In this document: positions 1 through 10,056 of the stretch, piece after piece
Numbering within the stretch: the first letter of the stretch is position 1
How the letters are laid out: each line of letters opens with the position of its first letter
From: a virus
Lineage: Duplodnaviria; Heunggongvirae; Uroviricota; Caudoviricetes
Strand: one strand, 5' to 3'
DNA length: 64,000 nt
Virus record (IMG/VR): IMGVR_UViG_2925891887_000001
Translations under genes and position numbers: made by a program
The notes under the pieces: model-generated
What the model was told of the DNA's origin: nothing
The model's database searches: none
Seen by the model: the letters and a program-made list of their open reading frames with translations, nothing else

Positions 1-2
1 TA

Positions 3-101
3 ACTGGTGTTGCGGCTGGTACTGCCACAATCGAGGTTACTACCCAAGATGGTAGCCACAAAGCGACAGCGACCGTAGAGGTCACTGCCGCACAGGAATA
101 A
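3..101 (+). CDS. 3' end of an upstream gene; C-terminal Ig-like (Big_2-type) segment, likely head or decoration protein
   Basis: Open frame from the window edge to TAA at 99-101; the translation (GVAAGTATIEVTTQDGSHKATATVEVTAAQE) resembles the C-terminal Ig-like tail of the protein at 2761..3507. Confidence 0.4.
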   Translation, partial: TGVAAGTATIEVTTQDGSHKATATVEVTAAQE

Positions 102-145
102 CCGATATTGGGCGGCGAAAGCCGCCCAAGAGGAGAGAAAGCGTT

Positions 146-580
146 ATGAAACCAGCAAAAATTGTTTTATTAGAACCGCAATTTTCCGGTTATTCGGGAA
201 TGCTGTGTGGCGTTCAGTTCGAGAACGGGGTATCCGTAGCGGAGTTGCCTTTTATCGATCAGCAAAGGATTTGTGCCTCAATGCGAGCATCAACAGTCGA
301 GGGCAAAAATGTTTCTCCGTCTGCCGCATACAGTGATCGTGGCGAGTTGACCGCAGACCTGATTACCGAGCCAGCAGCACCTGGCATTGTGCCAATGAAA
401 CGTGGGACACCAGATGAACCGGCCAAACAGATCCAGACTTTCACACGAGAAGAGTTGGAGTCAATTGCAGACAATGAAGGCATTGCCGGTCTACGTGTGA
501 TTGGTAATCAGGTTGGTGTCAAAGCGAAAGGAATTGTCGAGATGATTGAAGGCATCCTGAAAGCACAAGGCGGTGAGTAA
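146..580 (+). CDS. hypothetical phage structural/morphogenesis protein
   Basis: 144-aa ORF, ATG preceded by AGGAGAG, position in head-tail joining region. Confidence 0.6.
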   Translation: MKPAKIVLLEPQFSGYSGMLCGVQFENGVSVAELPFIDQQRICASMRASTVEGKNVSPSAAYSDRGELTADLITEPAAPGIVPMKRGTPDEPAKQIQTFTREELESIADNEGIAGLRVIGNQVGVKAKGIVEMIEGILKAQGGE

Positions 581-1413
581 TGGCGCAGATCGACTCGTAT
601 CGTAGCGGTGAAGCTGTTTCCCTTTCATTTGCCTTCAACGTGCTGGATATCGAATCTGCTACCTACACAGTAAAGGACAGCACCGGGGCTATTCTCGTTG
701 ATGGCGAGCCGCTAGAAATTACCAGCGGTCAAATGTCGATTCCGGTTGTCGTGTCGGCTGAATATAACCAGCTCTCTGAGAAAGAGCGAGATCTGCGGTA
801 CGTCATTGTGAAGGCTGTTGCATCGGGTCTGACGCATGAAGAGCGGCAAATGTATGTTCTGCTGAATAGTTTTGAACTGTCGATACCAGAACAGTCGTTT
901 GCAACTGTCGCTGATGCTCAAATGCAGGCGATCGATATGCTGAATGGGGACACTTTGCTGTCGGATGGTGAAGGCTTAATGCGCAAGCGTCTCATTGAGG
1001 CTACCAGACGAATTAAAACTTTACCGTTCTCAATCCGCAAAATTCTACGTATCGACTTTGACCGATACGATCGCCCTCAAAATATGCTGAATGTGTATGA
1101 CATTCCGTGGGGAGCAGATGGAGCGTACCGGCATGATTTAGTCGATTGGGAAAAGATGACGCAGGAGAAGTTTGAAGAGTTCCCTGACTACTTCAAAGAA
1201 GCGTTGATGCTTGCCGTTGTCAACGAAGCGTGTGAGATCGCAAATGGCAATGATGTAGCCGCAGCACGAGAGGATGGCATTTTGTCAGAGTCCATCGGTG
1301 AAACAACCAACATGTACCGTACCGGTAAAGCTGCAAACGTGCATGTGGCTCGTAGTACCTGGCGCTTGCTGGTCAGTTACATCAACAACCGTATGATTGT
1401 TCGCCGTGCGTAA
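580..1413 (+). CDS. hypothetical phage structural/morphogenesis protein
   Basis: 277-aa ORF, start overlaps upstream stop (TAATG), same strand as the morphogenesis operon. Confidence 0.6.
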   Translation: MAQIDSYRSGEAVSLSFAFNVLDIESATYTVKDSTGAILVDGEPLEITSGQMSIPVVVSAEYNQLSEKERDLRYVIVKAVASGLTHEERQMYVLLNSFELSIPEQSFATVADAQMQAIDMLNGDTLLSDGEGLMRKRLIEATRRIKTLPFSIRKILRIDFDRYDRPQNMLNVYDIPWGADGAYRHDLVDWEKMTQEKFEEFPDYFKEALMLAVVNEACEIANGNDVAAAREDGILSESIGETTNMYRTGKAANVHVARSTWRLLVSYINNRMIVRRA

Positions 1414-1492
1414 CGCCAGTCGCATTATTTACTTTTGGTCGAAAGGGTTTTTGGCCAGTAATGAGAGCGACCGACAACAACAGGGAGAGAGC

Positions 1493-1837
1493 ATGAATAT
1501 TTCATGGCAAACAGAAATTGCGATCTACCGCTTTGGCGCAAAGAACGTTTACGGTGAGGCGCAATTACAATTCGTCAGGAAGACGAATGTCGGCGTGGTT
1601 AAGTTCGAACAGAGTAATGAGAAATCGTCAGTTCGTGCTGATAGCTCTGGTAGTCGTGGTAAGGCGAGTCTGGAGCTGTTTGATGCTGTGTTAGTAGTCC
1701 CTTTAGAAGCGGCTGTACAACTTGATGATGTACTGATCCTTGAAGGTCAAAAATTAAAGGTGTCCAGTGTTCATCGCCGCTGGGGGCTACGAGGAAGACC
1801 TGGGCATCTTGAAGTAGGGGCGAATATATGGGTCTGA
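1493..1837 (+). CDS. hypothetical protein (head-tail joining region)
   Basis: Internal ATG (MNISWQTE) preceded by AGGGAGAG; the longer 1397 start would overlap the upstream gene. Confidence 0.5.
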   Translation: MNISWQTEIAIYRFGAKNVYGEAQLQFVRKTNVGVVKFEQSNEKSSVRADSSGSRGKASLELFDAVLVVPLEAAVQLDDVLILEGQKLKVSSVHRRWGLRGRPGHLEVGANIWV

Positions 1838-2301
1838 AATACGATGCGCATCAGTTCAAACGTGCGGGGAATAGACTCAACAACAGCCAGAAAGCATTTA
1901 AGCGATATCTTATTCGGGACATGGAAAAGCTGGCGCGTTTGGTTGAGCGCCTCAGCCGTGCAATGGCCCCGCTGGAAACCGGATCTCTGGAGACAGCCAT
2001 CTTTGCCAGGGTGATTAAAGAAGGTTATTCAGGGCTGCGCATTGAGCTTTCTGTGTCTGGAGCAAAACCACGTCAGGGGCATCCGGGCGTAGAAGTCGGT
2101 GACTATGCTAAGTACATGGAGCTGGGTAAATACCGACTCGGTTATCTTTCTCGAATGAAGAACGTGACAAACCCACCAATTGCCGGTGTTAAACCCCGTG
2201 TTGGGCCACACTTTCTGGAAAGAGCGGTGGAAATTAGCGAGAAGCAGTTCTCAGAAGCGATTCTTGAGGCTGCCAGAAAAGCCGGATTTACGAGAGGTTA
2301 A
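1828..2301 (+). CDS. hypothetical head-tail connector/tail completion candidate
   Basis: 157-aa ORF tightly packed in the operon upstream of the major tail gene. Confidence 0.55.
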   Translation: MGLKYDAHQFKRAGNRLNNSQKAFKRYLIRDMEKLARLVERLSRAMAPLETGSLETAIFARVIKEGYSGLRIELSVSGAKPRQGHPGVEVGDYAKYMELGKYRLGYLSRMKNVTNPPIAGVKPRVGPHFLERAVEISEKQFSEAILEAARKAGFTRG

Positions 2302-2302
2302 T

Positions 2303-2686
2303 GTGTTTATTGAAGCGTTTGCAAGTTTGATGCAGAAGGCAAAGATTGGCACGGTCGGGACTGACATTTTCTGTCACTACTTGCCTGCCAATGTGAAATC
2401 TGGCGTCCTGCTTATTAACCCAAATACCGGTATCAGCATCGATCATGAGCTACAGGGCTTTTACCACGAATCATTCACAATAATTGTGCGTGGTTCGTCA
2501 ATTACTACGACGGTTGAGAAAGCCAATAAAATCATTGAGATGTTTCCAGTAGAGGAAACGGAATCTGGTGGTGTTTATTTTCGACTGGTACGACCGATGG
2601 CGATGCCAATCATTTATCCCAAAAATGATGGGGCATTAATAGAAGCAGGCATTCCTATTGAATTTGCTGGCTATTTATTGAATTAA
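2303..2686 (+). CDS. hypothetical tail completion/terminator candidate
   Basis: ORF immediately upstream of the major tail gene; start uncertain (GTG 2303 after GAGAGG, or ATG 2330). Confidence 0.45.
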   Translation: MFIEAFASLMQKAKIGTVGTDIFCHYLPANVKSGVLLINPNTGISIDHELQGFYHESFTIIVRGSSITTTVEKANKIIEMFPVEETESGGVYFRLVRPMAMPIIYPKNDGALIEAGIPIEFAGYLLN

Positions 2687-2760
2687 CTCAATTGGTAAGT
2701 ATATACTTACTATTAGCGCAATGAATGCGTAGAATTAACGGAAAAAGGAGTTTTCCATCA

Positions 2761-3507
2761 ATGTCTAATACCCATGTAAAAAACATCAAACTTGGTGCCT
2801 GTAAGGTGTCGTTTGGTGGTGTGGATTTGGGTTACACCAAAGGTGGTGTTCAGGTTGAAATCGCAACCGAAACGCTGAAAGTGACCGTAGACCAGCTGGG
2901 CCAGACCACGATCTCCGAGCTGATCCAGGGCCGCAACATCACCATTACTGCGCCGCTGGCTGAATCCGTGTTGAAAAACATGGTCGATCTGATGCCAGGT
3001 TCCACGCTGAGTTCTGGCGAAGATACCGTAACCATCACGTCTGCGCAGGGAGTGAACCTGATCGACGTTGCGAAAGAGTTGGTGCTGACCCCGCAGGATG
3101 CGACGGATTATGTTCTGACCATCCCTAAAGCAGCAACCGCGGGTAACTTCACCATGACCTACCAGTCTGACGACGTTCGCGTGTTCTCAGTTGAGTTTTC
3201 CGCTTACCCGGACGACGCTGGCGTGTTGGGGAAAATGAGCCTCCCAAAGCCGGTTGAGAGCGTCACGCTGACCCCGTCTTCACCGACCGTAAAAGTGGGC
3301 ACTAAAGTTCAATTGAGCGCAACCTTCACCCCGGCCGATGCAACCAATAAGACTGGCGTGTGGAGCTCTGATGCGACTGATAAAGCGACCGTAGATCAGA
3401 ACGGACTGGTAACTGGTAAAGCTGTCGGTTCAGCCAATATCACCTTCACAACTAATGACGGTGCCAAGAAGGCGACCAAAGCCGTCTCTGTAACTGCCGC
3501 AAGCTAA
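2761..3507 (+). CDS. major tail protein with C-terminal Ig-like (Big_2-type) domain
   Basis: ATG after AAAGGAG; lies directly upstream of the chaperone/tape-measure genes (lambda gpV position); Ig-like C-terminal segment. Confidence 0.7.
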   Translation: MSNTHVKNIKLGACKVSFGGVDLGYTKGGVQVEIATETLKVTVDQLGQTTISELIQGRNITITAPLAESVLKNMVDLMPGSTLSSGEDTVTITSAQGVNLIDVAKELVLTPQDATDYVLTIPKAATAGNFTMTYQSDDVRVFSVEFSAYPDDAGVLGKMSLPKPVESVTLTPSSPTVKVGTKVQLSATFTPADATNKTGVWSSDATDKATVDQNGLVTGKAVGSANITFTTNDGAKKATKAVSVTAAS

Positions 3508-3569
3508 ATTGTGATAACCCAAGAGGCCCATGGATGGGCCTCTGTATGAGTTTAAAAGGATTTTAACCA

Positions 3570-3887
3570 ATGACCAAATTACTCGATCTCGATTCCATTC
3601 TGCCTCCGAAGAAAAGCATCAAATTTGGCGGTCAGGAATATCCCATCGTTGAAATGACGGTAGGTCTGTTCGTTTCCATCAAGCAGATGGAAGGCAAAGA
3701 TCTCATGAACATGTCTCCTGTTGAGCAAGTGACAGCTTATGCAGATCTGGTTCGTAAGGTTATCCCTTCAGTACCTGACGAAGTTCTTGAAAAACTGACT
3801 GTTCCGCAACTCCAGCAGATCTTCACCTTCGCTATGGAAGTGATTGATGAAGAAAACGAAAAAGCGGCTGGCGAAGGGGCAAAGTAA
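3570..3887 (+). CDS. tail assembly chaperone (gpG-like)
   Basis: 105-aa acidic protein between major tail and tape measure genes; AAGGA RBS. Confidence 0.65.
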   Translation: MTKLLDLDSILPPKKSIKFGGQEYPIVEMTVGLFVSIKQMEGKDLMNMSPVEQVTAYADLVRKVIPSVPDEVLEKLTVPQLQQIFTFAMEVIDEENEKAAGEGAK

Positions 3888-4237
3888 TTTCCCGCGATGA
3901 ATCCGGGACAAGGACCGTCTCAATAGATCTCGGATTCTATTTCAGTCGTGTAGTTGCTCACTACGCCGTGTCGCCATTAGAGCTACTGAACGTTCCTCTC
4001 ACGATGTTCTGGATGCTCAGTCGCAATATAGACCGTCTGCGTGCGGAAGAGGATGTCCGCAACTTACAAGTCGCTCGTGCGTCCCAGGCGGATGGCGAGG
4101 CTGTGAAGGCGTTCATGGAGGGTTTGCAACTCAGGATTGGAAGACCAGTCGTAACAGATAAAGTCTACGATCCAAGCCAGGATAAGGCAGACCCTGACGC
4201 CAAAGAGCAACTGATGCAAATATTTGGCAGAGGATGA
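3570..4237 (+). CDS. tail assembly chaperone frameshift product (gpGT-like), candidate -1 programmed frameshift near 3858-3863
   Basis: The -1 frame is open from 3851 (after TGA 3848-3850) to 4237 and overlaps the last 34 nt of the gpG-like gene; the A-run GAAAAAG at 3858-3864 allows a -1 slip on AAA. Confidence 0.45.
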
Positions 4238-4244
4238 CAAGGGA

Positions 4245-7200
4245 ATGTCACAAAACGTAGAGTTTATCCTGTCGCTGGAAGACAAACAGTTTACAGCGTC
4301 AATCGATCGTGCGGGGAAACTGCTTACTCGATTTGGTGAGCAGGTAACAAAGCCTGCTCAAAAAATCCAAACCTTTGAACGCTCTTTGGGTTCGGTCGCC
4401 CGTATCATTGGCGTTCTGGAAAGCAAGCTCGATTCTACGGCAGATAAACTACAGGATGTAGCTGCCGGTTTTGAGCTTGCTTCAGATGCTACGCGTAAAA
4501 TGCGTGGCAACATCACCAGCCTCAATTCTGGTCTTAAAGCCCTGATTGAGCGCGTCGATACGACAACTTCTTCAGTAGATAAACTCACCGCGTCATTACG
4601 TAAAGTGCAATCAGAGCTAAATGATTTCTCTGATTGGGCGACCTATGCAAGCAAAAGCGCAAGCCGCTTTGGTACGGAGGTCAAAGAAGCCTCTGCGTCC
4701 GTGAGTGGCATGAATACGCGCCTTAATACCACGACGAAGCGACTCAGTAATTGGGGTGTCTCAACGAGTCAGGCTGCCGAGGGACTGAAAAAGGTTCGTG
4801 AGCAGATGGACGAAGTTATCGGACGTCAGCAACTGATTAGCAAGCCGGTACGCGTTCGTACATCTGGAGGTAGCGATGGTGGCAGCGGGCGGCGTAGCGG
4901 CTCTGGCCATAGCGGTAAAAGTAACGAAGGAGGTATGTTCTCTGGCCTTCGTGGCAACATTTTCCTGCTTGGCGAGATCGGAGATGCAGCCAGAACGGTT
5001 ACTGACATCATGTTTGGGTGGCAGAAGCCTATTGTTGAAGCTGCGGCCGAAATGGAACGTATGCGGGTGATGCTTCGAGGGTTGAATAAGGAGAAGTCCA
5101 ACCCGGGCCAGGCTGCCGCTGATGATATGAAGTACATCGTAGACATGGCTCAAAATGCGCCGTTCGCGATGCAGGCGTTAACAGACTCCTTCGTGAAGTT
5201 TCGTTCTGCTGGCTTAGATCCAACCGATGGTTCTCTGAAGGCGCTGGTGGACTCCGTTGCTCGTTTTGGTGGTGATAGTGAGCTGTTGAAACGTGCGGCT
5301 GTGGCCGTTCAGCAGATGTCCGGTAAGGGCGTTGTGTCAATGGAAGAGCTACGTCAGCAATTAGGTGAAGCCGTTCCTAACGCGATGCAGGCAATGGCAG
5401 ACGCCGCAGGCATCACTATGGGGGAACTGACTAAAGCCGTTGCCAGCGGTACGGTTGAGGCAAAACAGGCGTTGTCTCTGATGTTTGTTGGTCTGCGTGC
5501 GGAGAATGAGAACGCAGCGAAAGACATGATGCAAACCTACACAGGTGCGCTGGCGCAACTTCAGACGTCATTCACGTTATTTGCTGATCGGGTTGGTCAG
5601 GCCGGATATCTGGATTCTCTATCGAAGGGGATGAAAGAACTGGCTTCAATCATGAATAGCGCCGAAGGGATTTCGTTTGCCAATTCTTTAGGTTCGGGGT
5701 TAACAACGGCAATCGATGGGTTGCGTCAGCTTGCTCAATGGTTAGCAAAGAACCAAGAGCTGGTAATTAATCTCGGTAAGGTCGTGGCCGCGATGGTTGC
5801 GTTCAAACTGATGCGAGCAGGGATCATGGGGGTAGTTGGCGCTGGGAGCCAGATGGTTAGCACCTTTGCCACGATGGCGACCGCCATACAGACTCCATTT
5901 AACCTCGGCGCTACAGCAGTAACTCGATTCAATCGTGCGGCACGTATGGGGCTGGCTCCGATCCCCTCTCTTATTTTCGCCATCCGTGGGGCGATTACGG
6001 GGCTTAAAGGCGCTTTTGCTGGATTAACGGCGTTCATTGCAGCAAACCCTATAGGGGCAGCATTTACAGTTGCCACAGTAGCTGTTGCTGGCCTAATCAC
6101 GTACATGACCATGCTCCGCAGCGAAACTTCAAAGGTCGTTGACGAGATTAGGAAAATACCAGAGGCGATGACGGCGGCCAAACGTGCACAGATGGCGGAG
6201 TATAAAGCGCGTCTTGAGCAACAAATCACGCAAAAGGAACAAGAGTTAAAATCTGGCGAAAAGGTGGTTTATGGGCCGGGTATGGCCGGAACTACAGTAA
6301 AGATTAATCAGGATGAACGTAAGCGTATAGAAAATGAGCTAAATGACCTTCGTGAGAAACGCGATAAAACTACTGGGGCAATTGAACGCGGAGACACTGC
6401 TGTAGCCAAACGTCTTGCAAAAGATGCGGCAGAATCACAGATAGAGAAAATACGGGAAGAGAATAGAGACTTTGCGGCAACATTCGCTAAAGCTCGTCAA
6501 GAGGCTCTGGATAAGATCCAGAAAATCAATGATGACGGTTCACTTTCAGATGACGAAAAGAACAAGCTATTGGCACCGTTACGTGAAACGGTAAACAAAA
6601 GCTATCTGGAGCCTGCGCAAAAACTGGTTGATTCACTTTCTTCTCGTAAGAATGCGACCGAGAAGCAAATTGCGACTCTTAATGATCAGCTTGAAAAAGC
6701 CAAAAAGGATGGAAATACCGAGCAGATCCAGAAACTGCAAGGCAGTATTCGTGGTTATCAGGAGCATTTGGAAGCCGTTGCTCAGGAGCTGACTCAGGCA
6801 GAGTTCGAGAGAGATAACGCGGCCAAAACTGGTAAGGGCGTAATGTCAAACCAGGGGACTGTTCTTGGGTTAGGTACAACTGATAAAGCTGCTCAGAAGG
6901 CGCTGGCGCAATATATGCGAAACCAGATGGATTCTGCGACTTATCAGCGTACTTTGCCTGACGGCACTCCGATGATGGACTTCGAAGGTAAGCCGATTAT
7001 TGGGCCTAAACAACTCAAGACGCAGCTTAATTTGCAGAAAGCATCCAGCGCCAGCTCTCTGGAGAAAATGAGCGATGAAGAGCGTGCCGCAGCCATTGCT
7101 GCACTGACTAAAGCTCGTGAACAGGATGCCGCAGCCGCCGAGAAAGCAGCCCAACGATCAGCTAACGCCTCGCAGCGTGCGGCCAAGAAGGAACAGGCAG

Positions 7201-8819
7201 CGCAACAGAAACTGGCAGCCGGATACCAGAAGGCTCTGGACAAAGCCGATCAGCTTATGGGGCAAATGGGTGAAAGCTCTAAGGCTACGGTATCGTTTGA
7301 TCAGTCTCTTCGCGATACAACGAAATCGCTGACAGATTTGGCTAATGCGGTTCCTAACGAGTTCATCACTCAAGAGATGATCGACAAGGCGAAAAAACGT
7401 CTTGAAGACCTCAAAAATGCGACACCTGAATATCGCGAGATGTTTAATCGCCGCAATGTTGAGCAGATGATCTCCACCTGGGCACCGGAGGCGGATTCCA
7501 TTATTAGTGCTGGCTATACGCCGTCTCGCGAAGAGAAAGTTGCTGATTTCGAAGACACCTACAACCGCAATCTCAAAGCGTTGATAGAACTTCGTGATAA
7601 GGCGTCTGATCCTAAAGTTGTGGCGCTTTATACAAAGAAAATCAATCAACTGATTGCTGCTGGCAATACCGCGCTTATTAAAGAGACGGGGACTGCGACG
7701 CAGAAGTTGGCACTGGAATACGAAAACCTGGCAGAGCAGATCGAAAGCACCTGGACTGATTTGTTTAGTGGCTTAACTGATGTCCTGACTGATTTCGTTA
7801 TTAACGGGAAGATGAGCTTCTCCAGCCTATCTCAGTCCATTTTGAAAGATATCACCAATATGGTCGTGAAGTCGCAAATCACGCTGCCTCTAATGAACAT
7901 GTTGGGGATGGGAACCACCGCAGCTGGTAGTTCACAGAGTGGCAATTTGCTCACTGGAGTTGCTTCTGCCGTTGCCAATCAAGGTGTACGAATGGGCAAC
8001 ACTGTTAATGGCGACAAGTCGGTAGGAGAAGCCACGAAGGAGACGTCCAGTTCGGTAACTGGATTGGGGCAAACAACACAGCAGACCACCAGCGCAATTG
8101 GCACAGCAACAAATGCGATTGGTAGCTGGGTATCGGGGCTATTTGATAGCACCGAAGCCAAAGATGCTGAGACAAAAGCAGTGAAGGACTCCATCTTCTC
8201 GATGCAGAACCTCAGCTCTGTTACCGGCGCTCTGTCTGCCGCGTTTGCAATGCTTGGAGCTAATGCTTCCGGCTCTGGTAATAAGTGGTTGAATTTCGGC
8301 GCGACAGTTGCATCTGGTTTGGTTTCAGTATGGGCTGGTGGTGGATTCGATGGATTGATGTCCGGTTCTTCTGGCTCAACTTCCGGGTTCAACAATCTGA
8401 CCAGTTCTGCTGCCGATGGCACGAATGGTATTCCTGCAATTCCGAAGTTTGCAAATGGTGGCATATTCGGAAAAGACGGCGTGATCCCGCTCCGGGCATA
8501 CCAGAAAGGCGGTATCGCCAACTCACCTCAATTGGCGTTGTTTGGGGAAGGCGATATGAATGAGGCGTATGTTCCATTGCCTGATGGCCGAACAATCCCT
8601 GTAACGCTCAGTACCGATGGTATGAGTGGAGGCGGAAATGTTCTTTCTCCTGTATCAATTGAGATCAACGTCCATAGTGACGGTAGCACGACAGAATCCG
8701 GCGATACAGAAAGCATATGGAACAATGCCGCTCAACGGATGAAAGCAATCGCGCTTGAGACTATCGCTCAAGAGAAACGCCCTGGCGGATCACTCAACCC
8801 AAACACTCAACGTAACTAA
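4245..8819 (+). CDS. tail tape measure protein
   Basis: about 1.5k-aa ORF directly after the chaperone pair; long helical segments, Gly/hydrophobic central region; start uncertain (TTG 4224 or ATG 4245). Confidence 0.85.
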   Translation: MSQNVEFILSLEDKQFTASIDRAGKLLTRFGEQVTKPAQKIQTFERSLGSVARIIGVLESKLDSTADKLQDVAAGFELASDATRKMRGNITSLNSGLKALIERVDTTTSSVDKLTASLRKVQSELNDFSDWATYASKSASRFGTEVKEASASVSGMNTRLNTTTKRLSNWGVSTSQAAEGLKKVREQMDEVIGRQQLISKPVRVRTSGGSDGGSGRRSGSGHSGKSNEGGMFSGLRGNIFLLGEIGDAARTVTDIMFGWQKPIVEAAAEMERMRVMLRGLNKEKSNPGQAAADDMKYIVDMAQNAPFAMQALTDSFVKFRSAGLDPTDGSLKALVDSVARFGGDSELLKRAAVAVQQMSGKGVVSMEELRQQLGEAVPNAMQAMADAAGITMGELTKAVASGTVEAKQALSLMFVGLRAENENAAKDMMQTYTGALAQLQTSFTLFADRVGQAGYLDSLSKGMKELASIMNSAEGISFANSLGSGLTTAIDGLRQLAQWLAKNQELVINLGKVVAAMVAFKLMRAGIMGVVGAGSQMVSTFATMATAIQTPFNLGATAVTRFNRAARMGLAPIPSLIFAIRGAITGLKGAFAGLTAFIAANPIGAAFTVATVAVAGLITYMTMLRSETSKVVDEIRKIPEAMTAAKRAQMAEYKARLEQQITQKEQELKSGEKVVYGPGMAGTTVKINQDERKRIENELNDLREKRDKTTGAIERGDTAVAKRLAKDAAESQIEKIREENRDFAATFAKARQEALDKIQKINDDGSLSDDEKNKLLAPLRETVNKSYLEPAQKLVDSLSSRKNATEKQIATLNDQLEKAKKDGNTEQIQKLQGSIRGYQEHLEAVAQELTQAEFERDNAAKTGKGVMSNQGTVLGLGTTDKAAQKALAQYMRNQMDSATYQRTLPDGTPMMDFEGKPIIGPKQLKTQLNLQKASSASSLEKMSDEERAAAIAALTKAREQDAAAAEKAAQRSANASQRAAKKEQAAQQKLAAGYQKALDKADQLMGQMGESSKATVSFDQSLRDTTKSLTDLANAVPNEFITQEMIDKAKKRLEDLKNATPEYREMFNRRNVEQMISTWAPEADSIISAGYTPSREEKVADFEDTYNRNLKALIELRDKASDPKVVALYTKKINQLIAAGNTALIKETGTATQKLALEYENLAEQIESTWTDLFSGLTDVLTDFVINGKMSFSSLSQSILKDITNMVVKSQITLPLMNMLGMGTTAAGSSQSGNLLTGVASAVANQGVRMGNTVNGDKSVGEATKETSSSVTGLGQTTQQTTSAIGTATNAIGSWVSGLFDSTEAKDAETKAVKDSIFSMQNLSSVTGALSAAFAMLGANASGSGNKWLNFGATVASGLVSVWAGGGFDGLMSGSSGSTSGFNNLTSSAADGTNGIPAIPKFANGGIFGKDGVIPLRAYQKGGIANSPQLALFGEGDMNEAYVPLPDGRTIPVTLSTDGMSGGGNVLSPVSIEINVHSDGSTTESGDTESIWNNAAQRMKAIALETIAQEKRPGGSLNPNTQRN

Positions 8820-8993
8820 CTATCGACTGCCCCGACCGGGGCAGTCTCACAAGGATGTGAGATGGAAAGACAAACGTTTAATTGGTATCCAGATTACGAA
8901 TCTGAAAAGAGCGTAAAACCGAATGTAACGGTACTTAATTTTGGTGATGACTACGAGCAGCGACAGGCTCAAGGTCTTAATCGTATTAAAGAA

Positions 8994-9002
8994 GAATGGT
9001 CG
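8994..9002. repeat. IS1 target site duplication, left copy (GAATGGTCG)
   Basis: Identical 9-mer directly flanks both IS1 ends. Confidence 0.9.
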
Positions 9003-9017
9003 GGTAATGACTCCAAC

Positions 9018-9521
9018 TTATTGATAGTGTTTTATGTTCAGATAATGCCCGATGACTTTGTCATGCAGCTCCACCGATTTTGAGAACGACAGCGACTTCC
9101 GTCCCAGCCGTGCCAGGTGCTGCCTCAGATTCAGGTTATGCCGCTCAATTCGCTGCGTATATCGCTTGCTGATTACGTGCAGCTTTCCCTTCAGGCGGGA
9201 TTCATACAGCGGCCAGCCATCCGTCATCCATATCACCACGTCAAAGGGTGACAGCAGGCTCATAAGACGCCCCAGCGTCGCCATAGTGCGTTCACCGAAT
9301 ACGTGCGCAACAACCGTCTTCCGGAGCCTGTCATACGCGTAAAACAGCCAGCGCTGGCGCGATTTAGCCCCGACATAGCCCCACTGTTCGTCCATTTCCG
9401 CGCAGACGATGACGTCACTGCCCGGCTGTATGCGCGAGGTTACCGACTGCGGCCTGAGTTTTTTAAGTGACGTAAAATCGTGTTGAGGCCAACGCCCATA
9501 ATGCGGGCAGTTGCCCGGCAT
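9018..9521 (-). CDS. insB: IS1 InsB (transposase part, expressed as InsAB by frameshift)
   Basis: 167-aa ORF recognised as IS1 InsB, overlapping insA in another frame. Confidence 0.9.
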
Positions 9522-9715
9522 CCAACGCCATTCATGGCCATATCAATGATTTTCTGGTGCGTACCGGGTTGAGAAGCGGTGTAAGTGAACTGCAGTTGCC
9601 ATGTTTTACGGCAGTGAGAGCAGAGATAGCGCTGATGTCCGGCGGTGCTTTTGCCGTTACGCACCACCCCGTCAGTAGCTGAACAGGAGGGACAGCTGAT
9701 AGAAACAGAAGCCAC
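9440..9715 (-). CDS. insA: IS1 InsA
   Basis: 91-aa ORF ([40 protein letters not shown]...) recognised as IS1 InsA. Confidence 0.9.
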
Positions 9716-9770
9716 TGGAGCACCTCAAAAACACCATCATACACTAAATCAGTAAGTTGGCAGCATCACC

Positions 9771-9779
9771 GAATGGTCG
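9771..9779. repeat. IS1 target site duplication, right copy (GAATGGTCG)
   Basis: Identical 9-mer directly flanks both IS1 ends. Confidence 0.9.
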
Positions 9780-10056
9780 TTAACCTTTACCAGATCATAC
9801 AACGAAATTAATGCAATCGATGACTTCCTGACTGAGCGAGCAGGCGTTGAGTCGTTCTATTGGGTTAATCCAAGAGGAAAACGGATTGTAGTTGTATGTG
9901 ACAGTCATACGGTCAAGCGATATCAGGGGTACTGTGTCTTAACTGCTACATTCAGACAAGTATTTGAGGCTTAAGTATCTGGATAAGTAAGTACTAATTT
10001 ACTATCATTGTGGCGCTGACAGGATGTTAGCGCCTACTTATTTCAAGGATGAAACA

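Larger units (their letters stand above)
9003..9770 (-). mobile_element. IS1 insertion sequence, 768 bp, complete
   Basis: Ends match the IS1 terminal inverted repeats (GGTAATGACTCCAACTTATTGAT at 9003 and the complement of GGTGATGCTGCCAACTTACTGAT ending 9770); encodes insA and insB. Confidence 0.95.
8862..9974 (+). pseudogene. minor tail protein (gpM-like) gene interrupted by IS1; intact reading frame would be 8862..9002 joined to 9780..9974
   Basis: Removing IS1 and one copy of the 9-bp duplication restores a continuous frame ending TAA 9972-9974; gene sits at the lambda M position before the gpL-like gene. Confidence 0.7.

Noticed and set aside
107-129. Hairpin TGGGCGGC-GAAA-GCCGCCCA upstream of the first complete gene, considered as a terminator
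   Set aside because: It is followed directly by the RBS of the next gene with no U-tract; more likely an attenuating or stabilising stem within an operon.
4358-8725. Numerous antisense and alternative-frame ORFs inside the tape measure gene (for example 4761..5153, 5735..6229, 7158..7649, 7979..8521)
   Set aside because: All are embedded in the 4.6-kb tape measure ORF, which is continuous and sits in the conserved tail gene order; none has an independent RBS context.
9052-9342. Plus-strand 96-aa ORF inside IS1
   Set aside because: IS1 coding capacity is accounted for by insA and insB on the opposite strand; this frame is an antisense artefact.
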